A DNA stretch of 64,000 nucleotides from Candidatus Babelota bacterium. Lineage in GTDB: Bacteria; Babelota; Babeliae; Babelales; JAHIUU01. Of this stretch, positions 1 through 9,405 are shown piece by piece. Both the position numbers and the translations under genes were made by a program. The stretch's first letter is position 1; each line of letters opens with the position of its first letter. The stretch is from assembly GCA_018817025.1 (NCBI GenBank), contig JAHIUU010000006.1, positions 251,909-315,908 of the forward strand. The letters are read 5' to 3'. The notes beneath the pieces were generated by a model. The model worked only from the letters and a program-made list of their open reading frames with translations. It ran no database searches and was not told where the DNA came from.

Positions 1-800
1 CCGTCACTGAGAATCATCTTTTTTAACGAAAAAAAACATTTCCAGCCGTATCGTGAAAGACGGTAGTTGAAGTACGGAACGGAGACCTCACGGATTGTAA
101 ACGTTTTACACAGTTCTTCGATAGAGGTAAAAGCTTTTTCTGATGGGTTGTGCAGTGTGATTTTATCAATTGTTGTTGAGCCGTATGTTTTGATCAGATA
201 GGGTTTAAGTTCGAAAGAGACAAATTTTTGGGGTGAGCGTTTTTGCGTAAAAAAGCCATAGTCGGTTAGTTGTATAGTTTTGTTTTTCAAGCGGGTAACG
301 GCAAGTTGTTGAGAACAGTTTGGAATGAATTTTGTTTTTGGTCCCACTGGCCAGAAGGATGTGCGAATAAAATGTGTTGCCATGAACAGTGCGAGTGCGA
401 AAATTCCGAAGAATACCAACTTTGACAAAATTCGAAATGTGAATCGCAAGACAAGCAACATGACAAATATTGCGAGTAGAATGGTTAATGTTGTTTTTGG
501 CTTAGCAAAGCCGATGAGCCAGGTCTTTTTACCAAGCGATAGAATAACTTCCCAGTAGGAGGTTGTTGCTGACAGAGCATCAATGAATAGACCGTTTGGG
601 ATTGATAGCAGCTCGGTGAAGAATACGATTGAACTAAGAATTAAAAATATGGCCAGAAATGGGGTGAAGATAAAGTTGCCAACGAACGACATAAGAGAAA
701 TAGGGATTCCCCATGTTATAAGAATTGGCAAAGATGCGATAGTTACAATTGTTTGAACTTTAACGAAGTTTATGAGATATAGAGTGAGATTTTTTATCAC
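1..800 (-). CDS. ComEC/Rec2-like competence protein, C-terminal part only; runs off the left edge
   Basis: Not in the ORF track. Manual translation from GTG at 800 gives MIKNLTLYLINFVKVQTIVTIASLPILITWGIPISLMSFVGNFIFTPFLAIFLILSS...LTDYGFF...LKPYLIKTYGSTTIDKITLH, which resembles the ComEC Q..T..LP...ISL.S..N...P membrane segment followed by a degenerate MBL-like region. Confidence 0.55.
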   Translation of the reverse strand, partial: MIKNLTLYLINFVKVQTIVTIASLPILITWGIPISLMSFVGNFIFTPFLAIFLILSSIVFFTELLSIPNGLFIDALSATTSYWEVILSLGKKTWLIGFAKPKTTLTILLAIFVMLLVLRFTFRILSKLVFFGIFALALFMATHFIRTSFWPVGPKTKFIPNCSQQLAVTRLKNKTIQLTDYGFFTQKRSPQKFVSFELKPYLIKTYGSTTIDKITLHNPSEKAFTSIEELCKTFTIREVSVPYFNYRLSRYGWKCFFSLKKMILSD

Positions 801-814
801 ATTTATCACATTTA

Positions 815-1585
815 TTATTTAGGGTAGTTAATAAAAAGATTTTTCCAAAAGAGCGAACTGCTTCCAGGTTGTGGTGGTTTTCTTGTTTGCTCAAGCAAAA
901 AATCAAGTGTTTTCTTTTGGTGACTATGTTTTTTATCATGAGCTAGTCTTTCTAGGTCGTTTGCATTATAGCAGGTGCCATAAGATTGTTGGAGTCGTTT
1001 TTGAATTGAGTTCGTGAGGTCTTCAAGGAGATCAACCGTTTCTTGTTCCGTTGGCTTTTGTTTTTTTAGTTCCTGATCAAAGAGAAAAGGGTCTTGTTTT
1101 TTTTGAGGGTCGATAAAGAAAGTAAGCAAGGGATGAAGGAGTAGACTGCTAGAGCTGCGCTTGATGTGATTGATTGAACAGCGGGATCGAATGGTTGGAA
1201 GAATTGCCTGTTCGTTGTTCGTGAGCAGAAAAAACGTATATCCTGGGGGTGGCTCTTCGAGTGTTTTTAAAAGTTTATTGGCGCATACAGGTGAAAGGTG
1301 ATGTGCTTTTTTAAGAATAAAAAAAAACGATTGATTCTGTTCTAACTGAAATCGTATTGTTTTAAAGATTACAGTTAGGTCATCAAGAAGATATTTTTTT
1401 TCTGGTTCGATCCAAATGATCGATTGATGTTGTCCGTTTTTTATTTTGCGACATTCGTTGCAAAAACAATCGTCTTCGAAAGACTGCTTACAGAATTTTT
1501 TCTGTAATTGTTTGGTAATTGTTACATCGAGTTTTTGTTCGTCTCCAACAAATAGACGAGTTGGATTTGTGGTTTGCCTATTCAT
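815..1585 (-). CDS. holB: DNA polymerase III delta-prime subunit
   Basis: Zn motif C..C.C..C (CFCNECRKI), ANKLLKTLEEPP, LPTIRSRC; lies directly after tmk. Confidence 0.85.
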   Translation of the reverse strand: MNRQTTNPTRLFVGDEQKLDVTITKQLQKKFCKQSFEDDCFCNECRKIKNGQHQSIIWIEPEKKYLLDDLTVIFKTIRFQLEQNQSFFFILKKAHHLSPVCANKLLKTLEEPPPGYTFFLLTNNEQAILPTIRSRCSINHIKRSSSSLLLHPLLTFFIDPQKKQDPFLFDQELKKQKPTEQETVDLLEDLTNSIQKRLQQSYGTCYNANDLERLAHDKKHSHQKKTLDFLLEQTRKPPQPGSSSLFWKNLFINYPK

Positions 1586-2216
1586 CTGTTCCTGATTTCA
1601 AAAGCTCAAGGATTTTGACTGTTGCTTGTTTTTGTAACGTTTCTATCGATTCTTTACCGTCAAGTATGATAACGTTTTTTCGGTTTATAAAAATCTTATC
1701 AAACCCGTCACTTACCCGTTTCCAAAACTGTTTTTCTTCTGTTTCGAACGAAGTGAGCTTGTTTCCACGTTGCATAATTCGTTCGAGTGCAGTTGTAAAG
1801 TCGAGTTTAATATAAAAAGTCAGATCTGATTTGATGTTGCCCATAGCCCATTCGTTTGTTTGAATTATCATGTCTATGTCGAGGCCGCGACCATAGCCCT
1901 GGTAGGCGACCGACGAGTCGTCGAGTCGATCAGAGATGATAACCTTACCTTCCTCTAGGGCAGGGATAATTGTTTGTTCAAAGTGTTGCGCTCGGTCGGC
2001 TGCGAACAGAAGGTATTCTGCCTTGTCACAAATATCGTTTTTTGCTTCGTGAAGTAAGATGCGCAGCTGGTGTCCTAGAGGTGTGTCTCCAGGTTCTTTC
2101 GTGAGTATGACTTGGTGATCGTGAGCCTCAAGTGATTTTTGCAGCGCGTGAGCAAGAGAGCTTTTTCCTGAGCCGTCGATTCCTTCAATACTAACGAGAA
2201 GGCCTTTGTTCTTCAC
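1578..2216 (-). CDS. tmk: Thymidylate kinase
   Basis: IEGIDGSGKSS P-loop, TKEPG, LFAADRAQH, DR..DSSVAYQG. The GTG at 2216 overlaps the upstream TGA (GTGA). Confidence 0.95.
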   Translation of the reverse strand: MKNKGLLVSIEGIDGSGKSSLAHALQKSLEAHDHQVILTKEPGDTPLGHQLRILLHEAKNDICDKAEYLLFAADRAQHFEQTIIPALEEGKVIISDRLDDSSVAYQGYGRGLDIDMIIQTNEWAMGNIKSDLTFYIKLDFTTALERIMQRGNKLTSFETEEKQFWKRVSDGFDKIFINRKNVIILDGKESIETLQKQATVKILELLKSGTDE

Positions 2217-3448
2217 GAGAGACCACTTTCGGAACAACCTCGCTTGCCACGAGTGTATGCGATAGCAGGTGTATCGAGGGGGCGAGGGTTTCGATTTACA
2301 ACGTATGAGTTTTCTAAGCAGGAACAGACATACTTGATCTCGTTATCTGTAAGCTCTGGCCAGATAGGAAGAGCAAGAATGTTTTGCGTTGTATTGTGCG
2401 CAATTGGGCAGTCTGTCGCAAGTTCTTTTGGTGGTGTAAGGAATGGGATTTGGTCAAGCGTTTTTGGATAAAAAATGTTTGTTTCAATTTTTTTTTCTAG
2501 CAACTGTTCTTGAATGGTTTTTCGATTGGTGACTTGGATTGAGTACTGATGATATACGTGATGGCCAACCGTTTCACGGGGTGTTTTTATGAATGGAATT
2601 TTCGATAATCGTTTTGTGTAGTATTGGGCAATTTCTCGTCTTCGATCGTTATAGTCGTCAAGATACTTAAGTTTTTCCGTTGCGATGAGTGCTTGGATTG
2701 CATCAAGACGAGAGTTTCTGCCTTGGCACTCATAGTTGTAATGGGTTGCCCGCCCATGGTTGCGGAGTTTGAAAAGTTTTTCTGCAAGTTGAGTACTATT
2801 TGTTGTCATGACACCCCCGTCGCCGCATACCCCCAAGTTTTTTGTTGGGTAAAGAGAGAAGCAAGAGATGTCGCCAAATGTGCCAGCTTTTTTATTGTCG
2901 ATGTGCGCGCCGACGGCTTGGCAAGCGTCTTCTATTATCCACAAGTTCCAATCGTTAGCGATTGATTTAATTGCATTATAGTTTGCACATTGACCAAACA
3001 GATCTACTGAGATGATACCTGCGATAGGGAAACCAGTTTTTTTATGGACTGCTCGATCGTGACGAACGATAGCGTGTATTTTAAGCCAGGTTTCTATTTT
3101 TTTTGGGCAAATGTTATATGATTCGTCAATGTCGATAAAGACAGGGTGTGCTTTGTGAGCTGCGATTTCGCTGCTTGATGCAATGAACGAAAATGGCGTT
3201 GTTAAGACTATAGAATTGGGGGTAATTTCAAGTGCGGCAAGAGAAAGCCAGAGAGCATCTGTTCCCGAGTTGCATGATATTGCGTGTGTCGTTTCTGTAT
3301 AGGTTGCAAACTTTTTTTCAAATGTATCAACGTATGGTCCGCCAACAAATTGGTTGCTTGAGAGAAGCTGGTTTATTTGCAGCTCAAGTGAGTTTTTAAT
3401 GTTACTCAACTGGCGTTCAAGAGAAAAGAATGGAATATGATGATTCAT
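2213..3448 (-). CDS. DegT/DnrJ/EryC1/StrS PLP-dependent sugar aminotransferase
   Basis: CNSGTDAL, TTPFSFIAS, IEDACQA, SLYPTKNLG (PLP lysine), G.NSRLDAIQA, LALPIWPEL. Confidence 0.93.
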   Translation of the reverse strand: MNHHIPFFSLERQLSNIKNSLELQINQLLSSNQFVGGPYVDTFEKKFATYTETTHAISCNSGTDALWLSLAALEITPNSIVLTTPFSFIASSSEIAAHKAHPVFIDIDESYNICPKKIETWLKIHAIVRHDRAVHKKTGFPIAGIISVDLFGQCANYNAIKSIANDWNLWIIEDACQAVGAHIDNKKAGTFGDISCFSLYPTKNLGVCGDGGVMTTNSTQLAEKLFKLRNHGRATHYNYECQGRNSRLDAIQALIATEKLKYLDDYNDRRREIAQYYTKRLSKIPFIKTPRETVGHHVYHQYSIQVTNRKTIQEQLLEKKIETNIFYPKTLDQIPFLTPPKELATDCPIAHNTTQNILALPIWPELTDNEIKYVCSCLENSYVVNRNPRPLDTPAIAYTRGKRGCSESGLS

Positions 3449-3543
3449 AGGGCCCTGCTTTTTACGCAAAAGTGTTGTATTTATGAAATGTTCAGTATAA
3501 GCATAGAACTATGTTTTGTTAAGTTTCGTGATCGACTCGATTC

Positions 3544-3580
3544 TTGACTTTTGACAAGCGTATTTTACAGTTAGTATATG
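3544..3580 (+). promoter_or_regulatory. Probable sigma70 promoter(s) for the giant-protein operon
   Basis: TTGACT(3544)-N16-TACAGT, and an overlapping TTGACA(3551) with TAGTAT/TATATG downstream; spacers are not canonical. Confidence 0.45.
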
Positions 3581-3648
3581 TAGAAAATTAGAGGACTGGT
3601 AATGGAGTTTTTTTGTTTATTGTTTGTTCTTGGGCCGTGATGACAGGT

Positions 3649-3682
3649 AAACACGTGTTACAAATATTTGTAACACGTGTTT
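3649..3682. repeat. Perfect 34-bp palindrome AAACACGTGTTACAAAT|ATTTGTAACACGTGTTT
   Basis: Read directly. Each arm contains the self-palindromic 10-mer AACACGTGTT (3650-3659 and 3672-3681). A T-run follows. Confidence 0.95.
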
Positions 3683-3752
3683 TTTTGTTAACAGATAGGA
3701 GAAGCATTTTTACTGAGTAGTTTTTGGATGTTTTTCAAAAAGAGGAGAGGCA

Positions 3753-6700
3753 ATGAGACGAAGGTTTATGTGGGCACTATTTTTAGTAAGTTGCCTATGG
3801 ATAGGTGCGGTGCAATTACAGGCGATTGAATGGGATGGCACGGGGACGGCGCTTCGAGTGAGCGGGAAGTATCAAACCGACTTGCTTACATCGATGACCA
3901 TTAAAGGACATGTTGTCATTGATGGGGATGTAACGCTTGTTCGATCTGATAATCTTGGTTGTTTACCAATTTTTATTACTGCGGATACCTTTATTTCTAC
4001 TGATACGGGGGGTAATGGGTATGGGCACTTGAGTTTGTACGCCGATGAGTGTTCGGGGTATTACTTTCAAGTCGATAACGATCTGATTTTTACTGGTTCG
4101 AATCATGGTGATAAACATGCTAATAACAGAGAGCTTACCCTGACATTTTCTGGTCCCGGACAAACAGTCTTTCATATTTCAACCGGCAAGATGGTTGGGT
4201 TTGAAGGTTTCTTTGGCGACGGCAACGCTGCAGTCAATGGTTGGGATTCCTACTTGGATGACTACACAAAGACTGGTTCTGGGGTCATGGTTTACATCAC
4301 CATGGACCAAACCTATGATGAGGCGGTTGTTCAAGGGGTCAATAAAGTTGTTTTTGAACGTTTTTACAAATATGATGCTGCTGCTGAAGCGGCAGGAAGT
4401 TCTACTGGTATAGGTGATTCAGTTAAAATATCGATTGGTAAAAACTCATTTATAACCTATATATCGGACGTAGCCTCTGGTGTTTTAAATTGTGACGGAA
4501 CAGGATTTGGGTACGGTTCTTTGGCGTTCGATCCGATGTGTTACGGTCCTGGTCGCATGTTGCTTCATCTTAAGGGATCATACTACGTTGACAGTGCTGG
4601 CGAGATCGTTGGAATAACAAATGGCTACAACGATGGCGCGTTGGTTATTTCTGGTCACCACGTTGAAGATATGGCGACGATGGATGGCATTCGTCTTGGG
4701 GTTGATTTGAATAAACCGGCCGGTGTTGAAGCGATTTGTAGAATTGTTGACGAGCAGGCGATACGAGGTGGCGAAGGTCTATACTGGGATGTTGGTAATA
4801 CGTATACGCTTTATCAAGATAGCTTTGGTGAGCCGATTATCAATACGCTTGCCGGGGGGTCTTTTGATGGTATGCCTTCCCGTCGAGGCTTGTTGGTCCT
4901 CAACGAGAATAAGAGTGTGCCGGCGCTTGCGGCAGACACCTATGTTAACAATGAGTGGGCAACCAAATATACTTTTTCGGTCTTAGAGCTTGGGTCAACA
5001 TCAATCAGACCGGGTTTTATTCTTGGTACCAACGGTAAGATGGAGTTATTTCACAATACATTCTTAGATTATATTGCTGCATCGACGCAGATGCTTCAGG
5101 TTGGTCTTGTCGATCAACTCGGGGCAACAATCTCAACCACGGCTCGAAAGACACATAATCCTTCGGCATTGATAGCTGATGGCTTGGGAATTTTAGATGT
5201 CAATAATGTGAATGCGAGTGAGCCTTATGCAGCCGGAGCACTTCTCTTTCCTGACTATCTCGCTGATCTAGCGAGCCAGGGAGGGAGACATGCACAGATT
5301 TTGTTGCGAGGTGATGCGCGACTGTATTTGCGATCTGGTGTGATGAATGATGGTTATATTGATGCTGGCGATATCGCAGCAAATGGCATGGGTGGTTATA
5401 TCTATGTGCCGACAGGCGACCGAACCTATTCATTTACTATTAATTATGACGATACTGAAGGAACGTTTGATGGTTCGTTTATTGCTGGTATTGCAGCAAA
5501 TGGCGGGCTGTGGTACGAGACGATAGGTGAGGGAAACAATGTTCTTGATGTTGAGGGTAAGCTGACGATTCGTTCAACAAAAGATGATAATAGAACGAAT
5601 GAGAGTGGTTTTGTTCCTTACAAACTCAATGTTGTTCCACCCGCAGCGACTTATACTGATTATTGTTTTGCTCGACACGTACCAACGGGAGTTGCTCCTC
5701 GCGGTGCGCTGAACTTGCCCCCAATAAAACTTGACTACATGGGTCAAGAGGTTTGGAATGTTGATAATGATCAAGCGATGCGACCCTTGAGAGTTGATCG
5801 AGTGTATCCGGTTTACAATTCATCGTCGATACTCATGAATAATGAGCTTGCGATGCATAATGTGAACTGGCATCACAACGATATTCTTAAGATTGCAACG
5901 CCTGAGCAAGACAAAGCAGAACCAGTTGTCGTTGGTGGTGAGAAAGCAGCATATGATTACGCTTATTGGTCAACACTCAGTAATCCTGACTTGGCAGAAA
6001 CGCTCTATGTTGAGAACCCAATAGAACAGATTAACACAAAGGTTCCACTATTGAGTTTATATGACTCAACGTTGCATTGTCATGAATCGATCGTGATGTC
6101 TGGTGTTCGTGTTGTCGTGACCGATAAGTTTGTGTACGAGGTTGATAACGCTGATGGTCATGCAAAACTTGTACCAAATGTTTCTAAATTTATCTGTTAT
6201 AACCATGGTGATCCGCTTGATATGTTAAAGCGGGGTTATGGTCGAACAATTTTGTTGGGATCTCAGCAGAACAAGATGGCTGACGGTTGTCTTCTCAATG
6301 ATTACATGCAAAATGCATATCTCAATATTTATCGAAGTTGGACAACTGACTGGAATACCGGTGTCTGGGGAGACGACTTTAGTAACGGTCATCTTATTCG
6401 ATTGAGTTTAGAGACCGAGGCTCAGCCAAAATATACGATGCAGTACGAAAACAGAGCCAATCACAGTACGCTGCCTGAAACGTTCTCGCTTCTCCTTGAT
6501 GGAGAGGTTAGTCGCTATAAGAGAACTGCAACACAGGTATTTTACCTTGGTAACGCATCGTTCTCATCTCTTGGTTGGACAACGACGATGGGTGACCAGG
6601 TTGTTAAGCCTTCAGATTTGAGAGAACTAACCGAGACCTACTCATATGGTATTAACGAAGGCGCTCGACCTCGACCATGGGATTCAGCTTGGACTGGTGG

Positions 6701-9317
6701 AGACTATGTTGTTCTTGATCAGTTGTCGGTCAATCCTGCTGACTATAAGTTCAGTTTGAGTACGGGAGAGAATGATCCTGCTGAGCTGTATATCAATGGT
6801 GACAACTATTACTTTGGAGGTCGGGACTCATCTGGTAACTTGGCGACCGAGCCTGTCGTTGCTTCTAATGAATCAGGAATTTTCTACACAAACCATGGTG
6901 GCTTGACGCACATCAACCAAGCTGACAAGAGTGCCGATCAGCAGCATTACTATGATGCGTTTGTTGATACGGTTTTTGCCTATCGTCAATGGCCTCGCAT
7001 TTGGGATGTCAGCAGTGGGCAGTATATTCACGGATTGTCTGGTGTCGTTGACTTACCTCATGATCAGGTCAAGTTTGGTCGAAGTATTCAGCCATATGAA
7101 CTAAACTTCCCAACGATGCTTACTGAGAATGACGGACAACAGAAAGAACGCAACGTCAAGTTGATGGCATACAAGATCGATCAGTATGGAAAGAATCCTG
7201 CGAATAGATTTAAAGCATCTGGTGAAGAGATAACAATTCCGTGGAACTTTAGAACGGATAAGTCTGTCAAAATTACGTACAACGGCATGGAGCAAGCGCC
7301 AACTTATACGCCAGTAAAATCATTGCCGTTTATGAGTGATAGCATACTGGATCAGGTGAAGTCGATTTTCCGTTCGACAACGCCTGCGTTTGAAGTTGGT
7401 CCGAACGATGGTCCAGCGGAGATGCCTGAAGCTATTTTGACGGTTACAACAGGTGATATTATTGCACAAATGAGAGTCTCTGGGGCAACCAAAGCTGATC
7501 CGTTTCATCTCTATGTGAGTGGAGGACCATTTGGCTACGGAACTGTTCGAGAATTTACATCTCTTGCGTCGAACTACTTCAATCCTGGTGAGGGGTGTCA
7601 TGCGGCGGTTTTCTTAGATGGCGGTGCGCATATTGGCATCGGCTCTCGAGACTGGAACGAGCACTCATGTAACGCCTGGTCGGTTCTTGGGTATGACTAC
7701 TTAACGCTTTATCCAAACGGTAACAGCTTTGTTCGAGTGAATTCAGATATTATTGTTGCCGATAGGCTTCCAATTATTCCAACAACCAACTTTGGTGTTG
7801 TGTCCCGTGATAGACAATCGTTGACGTGGGATGATGAGCCTCAGAGCATAACATTCTACTCTACAGAGCCTCGGGAGATTCGTATTCTTGAGGGTGGAGA
7901 GCTTGACTTAAGCGCGTTCGGAAACCCTAGAACTGATAAATCATGGCCGTTCTATGTGGAAGACGAAGAGGTTATATATCAGCCTGCAGGGATAGAGTTT
8001 GCGGGTCAAATCAGAGTTGTGCTTGAGCCCGGTGCACGGATTAGGTTCCCAGCCAGTGTTGTGAGCCACCCAAATGATGAGAACGAACCAAACTTTGCGG
8101 CACCGGTTTTGTACTTTAACGATCAGACCGAGTTGATTTTCGAATCAAGTAAAGACATTGATGAGCAGAATTTCCCGGATGTGTATGGAGCTGACTCGAT
8201 TCGAAATAAGATTCTTGGTGTTGGTATGATTAGATTTAATCGAAATGCAAAGCTAAAGCTATTAGGGTTATCGCTTTTGGGAATCGAGACTGATGATTTG
8301 ACAAAAACAACAAGTGTGACGATTGAGCTTAATCGAGAATCTCAGTTCTTGATCGGAGATGAAACATCGGCCGGCGGAGGCTTCCAGATTGGGAATATTG
8401 TCGATAGAGGTTCTGATCACACAATTGATTTCAACTTGGTGTTAAAAGATCCAGAGTCGATGTTTAGAATCGAACGGGAAGGATTTTTTGGGTTGTCGGC
8501 TGGTACGATAAACAAGTTTGAAATCCCAAATCGTACTTGGAGATTCATCAACCTTCATAACGTTCGTACGATAGATGTCAATATTATCAATGGGACCTTC
8601 GATCACTCTCAAATGTTCCATGGCTCTGAGGACGATACATCTCTTATGGCAATAGGCCCCGCGAATACATATCGATTTAGAATAGGTGATGATACTGCTG
8701 CTGATGCGTCGCGATTAGATACGACGTTTATTCGTGGTGGTGGAAACATTTTATTTGTTAATACTTCAAGTCTTTCACCGGAGAGTTTCCCTAACTCTGG
8801 TGGTGAGGATGGATTGGGAGCGCCGTATCACTCGCAGGTGTTTATTCCGGAAGACAGTACAGTTGCAACAGGGGTGCCGGCAACACCGTTCCCAACGCCT
8901 AACGCAGCAACAGGAACCTACTCGAACGGGGATTATACGATTATGGCCTCGACACCATCGCTTGCACAGAGAGGAACTCCTCCTGACGGGGTTTCTTCCA
9001 CAAACGTGTACGCAGGCCGAGTAGATACAATGACTTTAAGTAAAGAGTTTCAGGGCGATGCTCATGCGTTCTTTCACTATTTGGGATATCCGCCTTTAAA
9101 CGCTTATGCGGGAATATCTAACTATGTTTGTTTTGCTGCGGCTCAAGAGAAGCATTATTTTGCCTACATTGGTGGGACTGCATTTAATACAGTCTTTAGA
9201 AGTATTAAAGAGGATCTAGGGCCTGAACTTAGGGTTGTAGATTCGTTAAAGGTTGGAGCTTTGAATACTGGAATTGGTGCAAGTAATACTGCTTCAGGAT
9301 TGTCGTCTGGTGTTTAG
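3753..9317 (+). CDS. Giant (1854 aa) secreted protein of unknown function, probably beta-rich surface protein
   Basis: Long uninterrupted ORF, RBS GAGGAGAGG, Sec signal MRRRFMWALFLVSCLWIGAVQLQA. Rich in G/D/T/N/Y. No family motif recognised. Confidence 0.9.
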   Translation: MRRRFMWALFLVSCLWIGAVQLQAIEWDGTGTALRVSGKYQTDLLTSMTIKGHVVIDGDVTLVRSDNLGCLPIFITADTFISTDTGGNGYGHLSLYADECSGYYFQVDNDLIFTGSNHGDKHANNRELTLTFSGPGQTVFHISTGKMVGFEGFFGDGNAAVNGWDSYLDDYTKTGSGVMVYITMDQTYDEAVVQGVNKVVFERFYKYDAAAEAAGSSTGIGDSVKISIGKNSFITYISDVASGVLNCDGTGFGYGSLAFDPMCYGPGRMLLHLKGSYYVDSAGEIVGITNGYNDGALVISGHHVEDMATMDGIRLGVDLNKPAGVEAICRIVDEQAIRGGEGLYWDVGNTYTLYQDSFGEPIINTLAGGSFDGMPSRRGLLVLNENKSVPALAADTYVNNEWATKYTFSVLELGSTSIRPGFILGTNGKMELFHNTFLDYIAASTQMLQVGLVDQLGATISTTARKTHNPSALIADGLGILDVNNVNASEPYAAGALLFPDYLADLASQGGRHAQILLRGDARLYLRSGVMNDGYIDAGDIAANGMGGYIYVPTGDRTYSFTINYDDTEGTFDGSFIAGIAANGGLWYETIGEGNNVLDVEGKLTIRSTKDDNRTNESGFVPYKLNVVPPAATYTDYCFARHVPTGVAPRGALNLPPIKLDYMGQEVWNVDNDQAMRPLRVDRVYPVYNSSSILMNNELAMHNVNWHHNDILKIATPEQDKAEPVVVGGEKAAYDYAYWSTLSNPDLAETLYVENPIEQINTKVPLLSLYDSTLHCHESIVMSGVRVVVTDKFVYEVDNADGHAKLVPNVSKFICYNHGDPLDMLKRGYGRTILLGSQQNKMADGCLLNDYMQNAYLNIYRSWTTDWNTGVWGDDFSNGHLIRLSLETEAQPKYTMQYENRANHSTLPETFSLLLDGEVSRYKRTATQVFYLGNASFSSLGWTTTMGDQVVKPSDLRELTETYSYGINEGARPRPWDSAWTGGDYVVLDQLSVNPADYKFSLSTGENDPAELYINGDNYYFGGRDSSGNLATEPVVASNESGIFYTNHGGLTHINQADKSADQQHYYDAFVDTVFAYRQWPRIWDVSSGQYIHGLSGVVDLPHDQVKFGRSIQPYELNFPTMLTENDGQQKERNVKLMAYKIDQYGKNPANRFKASGEEITIPWNFRTDKSVKITYNGMEQAPTYTPVKSLPFMSDSILDQVKSIFRSTTPAFEVGPNDGPAEMPEAILTVTTGDIIAQMRVSGATKADPFHLYVSGGPFGYGTVREFTSLASNYFNPGEGCHAAVFLDGGAHIGIGSRDWNEHSCNAWSVLGYDYLTLYPNGNSFVRVNSDIIVADRLPIIPTTNFGVVSRDRQSLTWDDEPQSITFYSTEPREIRILEGGELDLSAFGNPRTDKSWPFYVEDEEVIYQPAGIEFAGQIRVVLEPGARIRFPASVVSHPNDENEPNFAAPVLYFNDQTELIFESSKDIDEQNFPDVYGADSIRNKILGVGMIRFNRNAKLKLLGLSLLGIETDDLTKTTSVTIELNRESQFLIGDETSAGGGFQIGNIVDRGSDHTIDFNLVLKDPESMFRIEREGFFGLSAGTINKFEIPNRTWRFINLHNVRTIDVNIINGTFDHSQMFHGSEDDTSLMAIGPANTYRFRIGDDTAADASRLDTTFIRGGGNILFVNTSSLSPESFPNSGGEDGLGAPYHSQVFIPEDSTVATGVPATPFPTPNAATGTYSNGDYTIMASTPSLAQRGTPPDGVSSTNVYAGRVDTMTLSKEFQGDAHAFFHYLGYPPLNAYAGISNYVCFAAAQEKHYFAYIGGTAFNTVFRSIKEDLGPELRVVDSLKVGALNTGIGASNTASGLSSGV

Positions 9318-9327
9318 TATTGTATTA

Positions 9328-9350
9328 AGGGAGGGGAGCTCCCCCTCCCT
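9328..9350 (+). other. Intercistronic GC-rich hairpin
   Basis: AGGGAGGGG-agctc-CCCCTCCCT, 9-bp stem between the giant gene and the barrel gene, with only a weak U-tail. Confidence 0.7.
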
Positions 9351-9405
9351 CTTGCTTGAGAAGGGTCAGAAGTTGTGTTGGCGAGTTAAAAGTTTGGGAG
9401 AGACA

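Noticed and set aside
793-810. Tandem TTTATCACA x2 resembling DnaA boxes
   Set aside because: It lacks a C relative to TTATCCACA, there are only two copies, they overlap a start-codon region, and there is no oriC context.
1450-1585. Missing Walker A in HolB
   Set aside because: Delta-prime is normally a degenerate AAA+ subunit.
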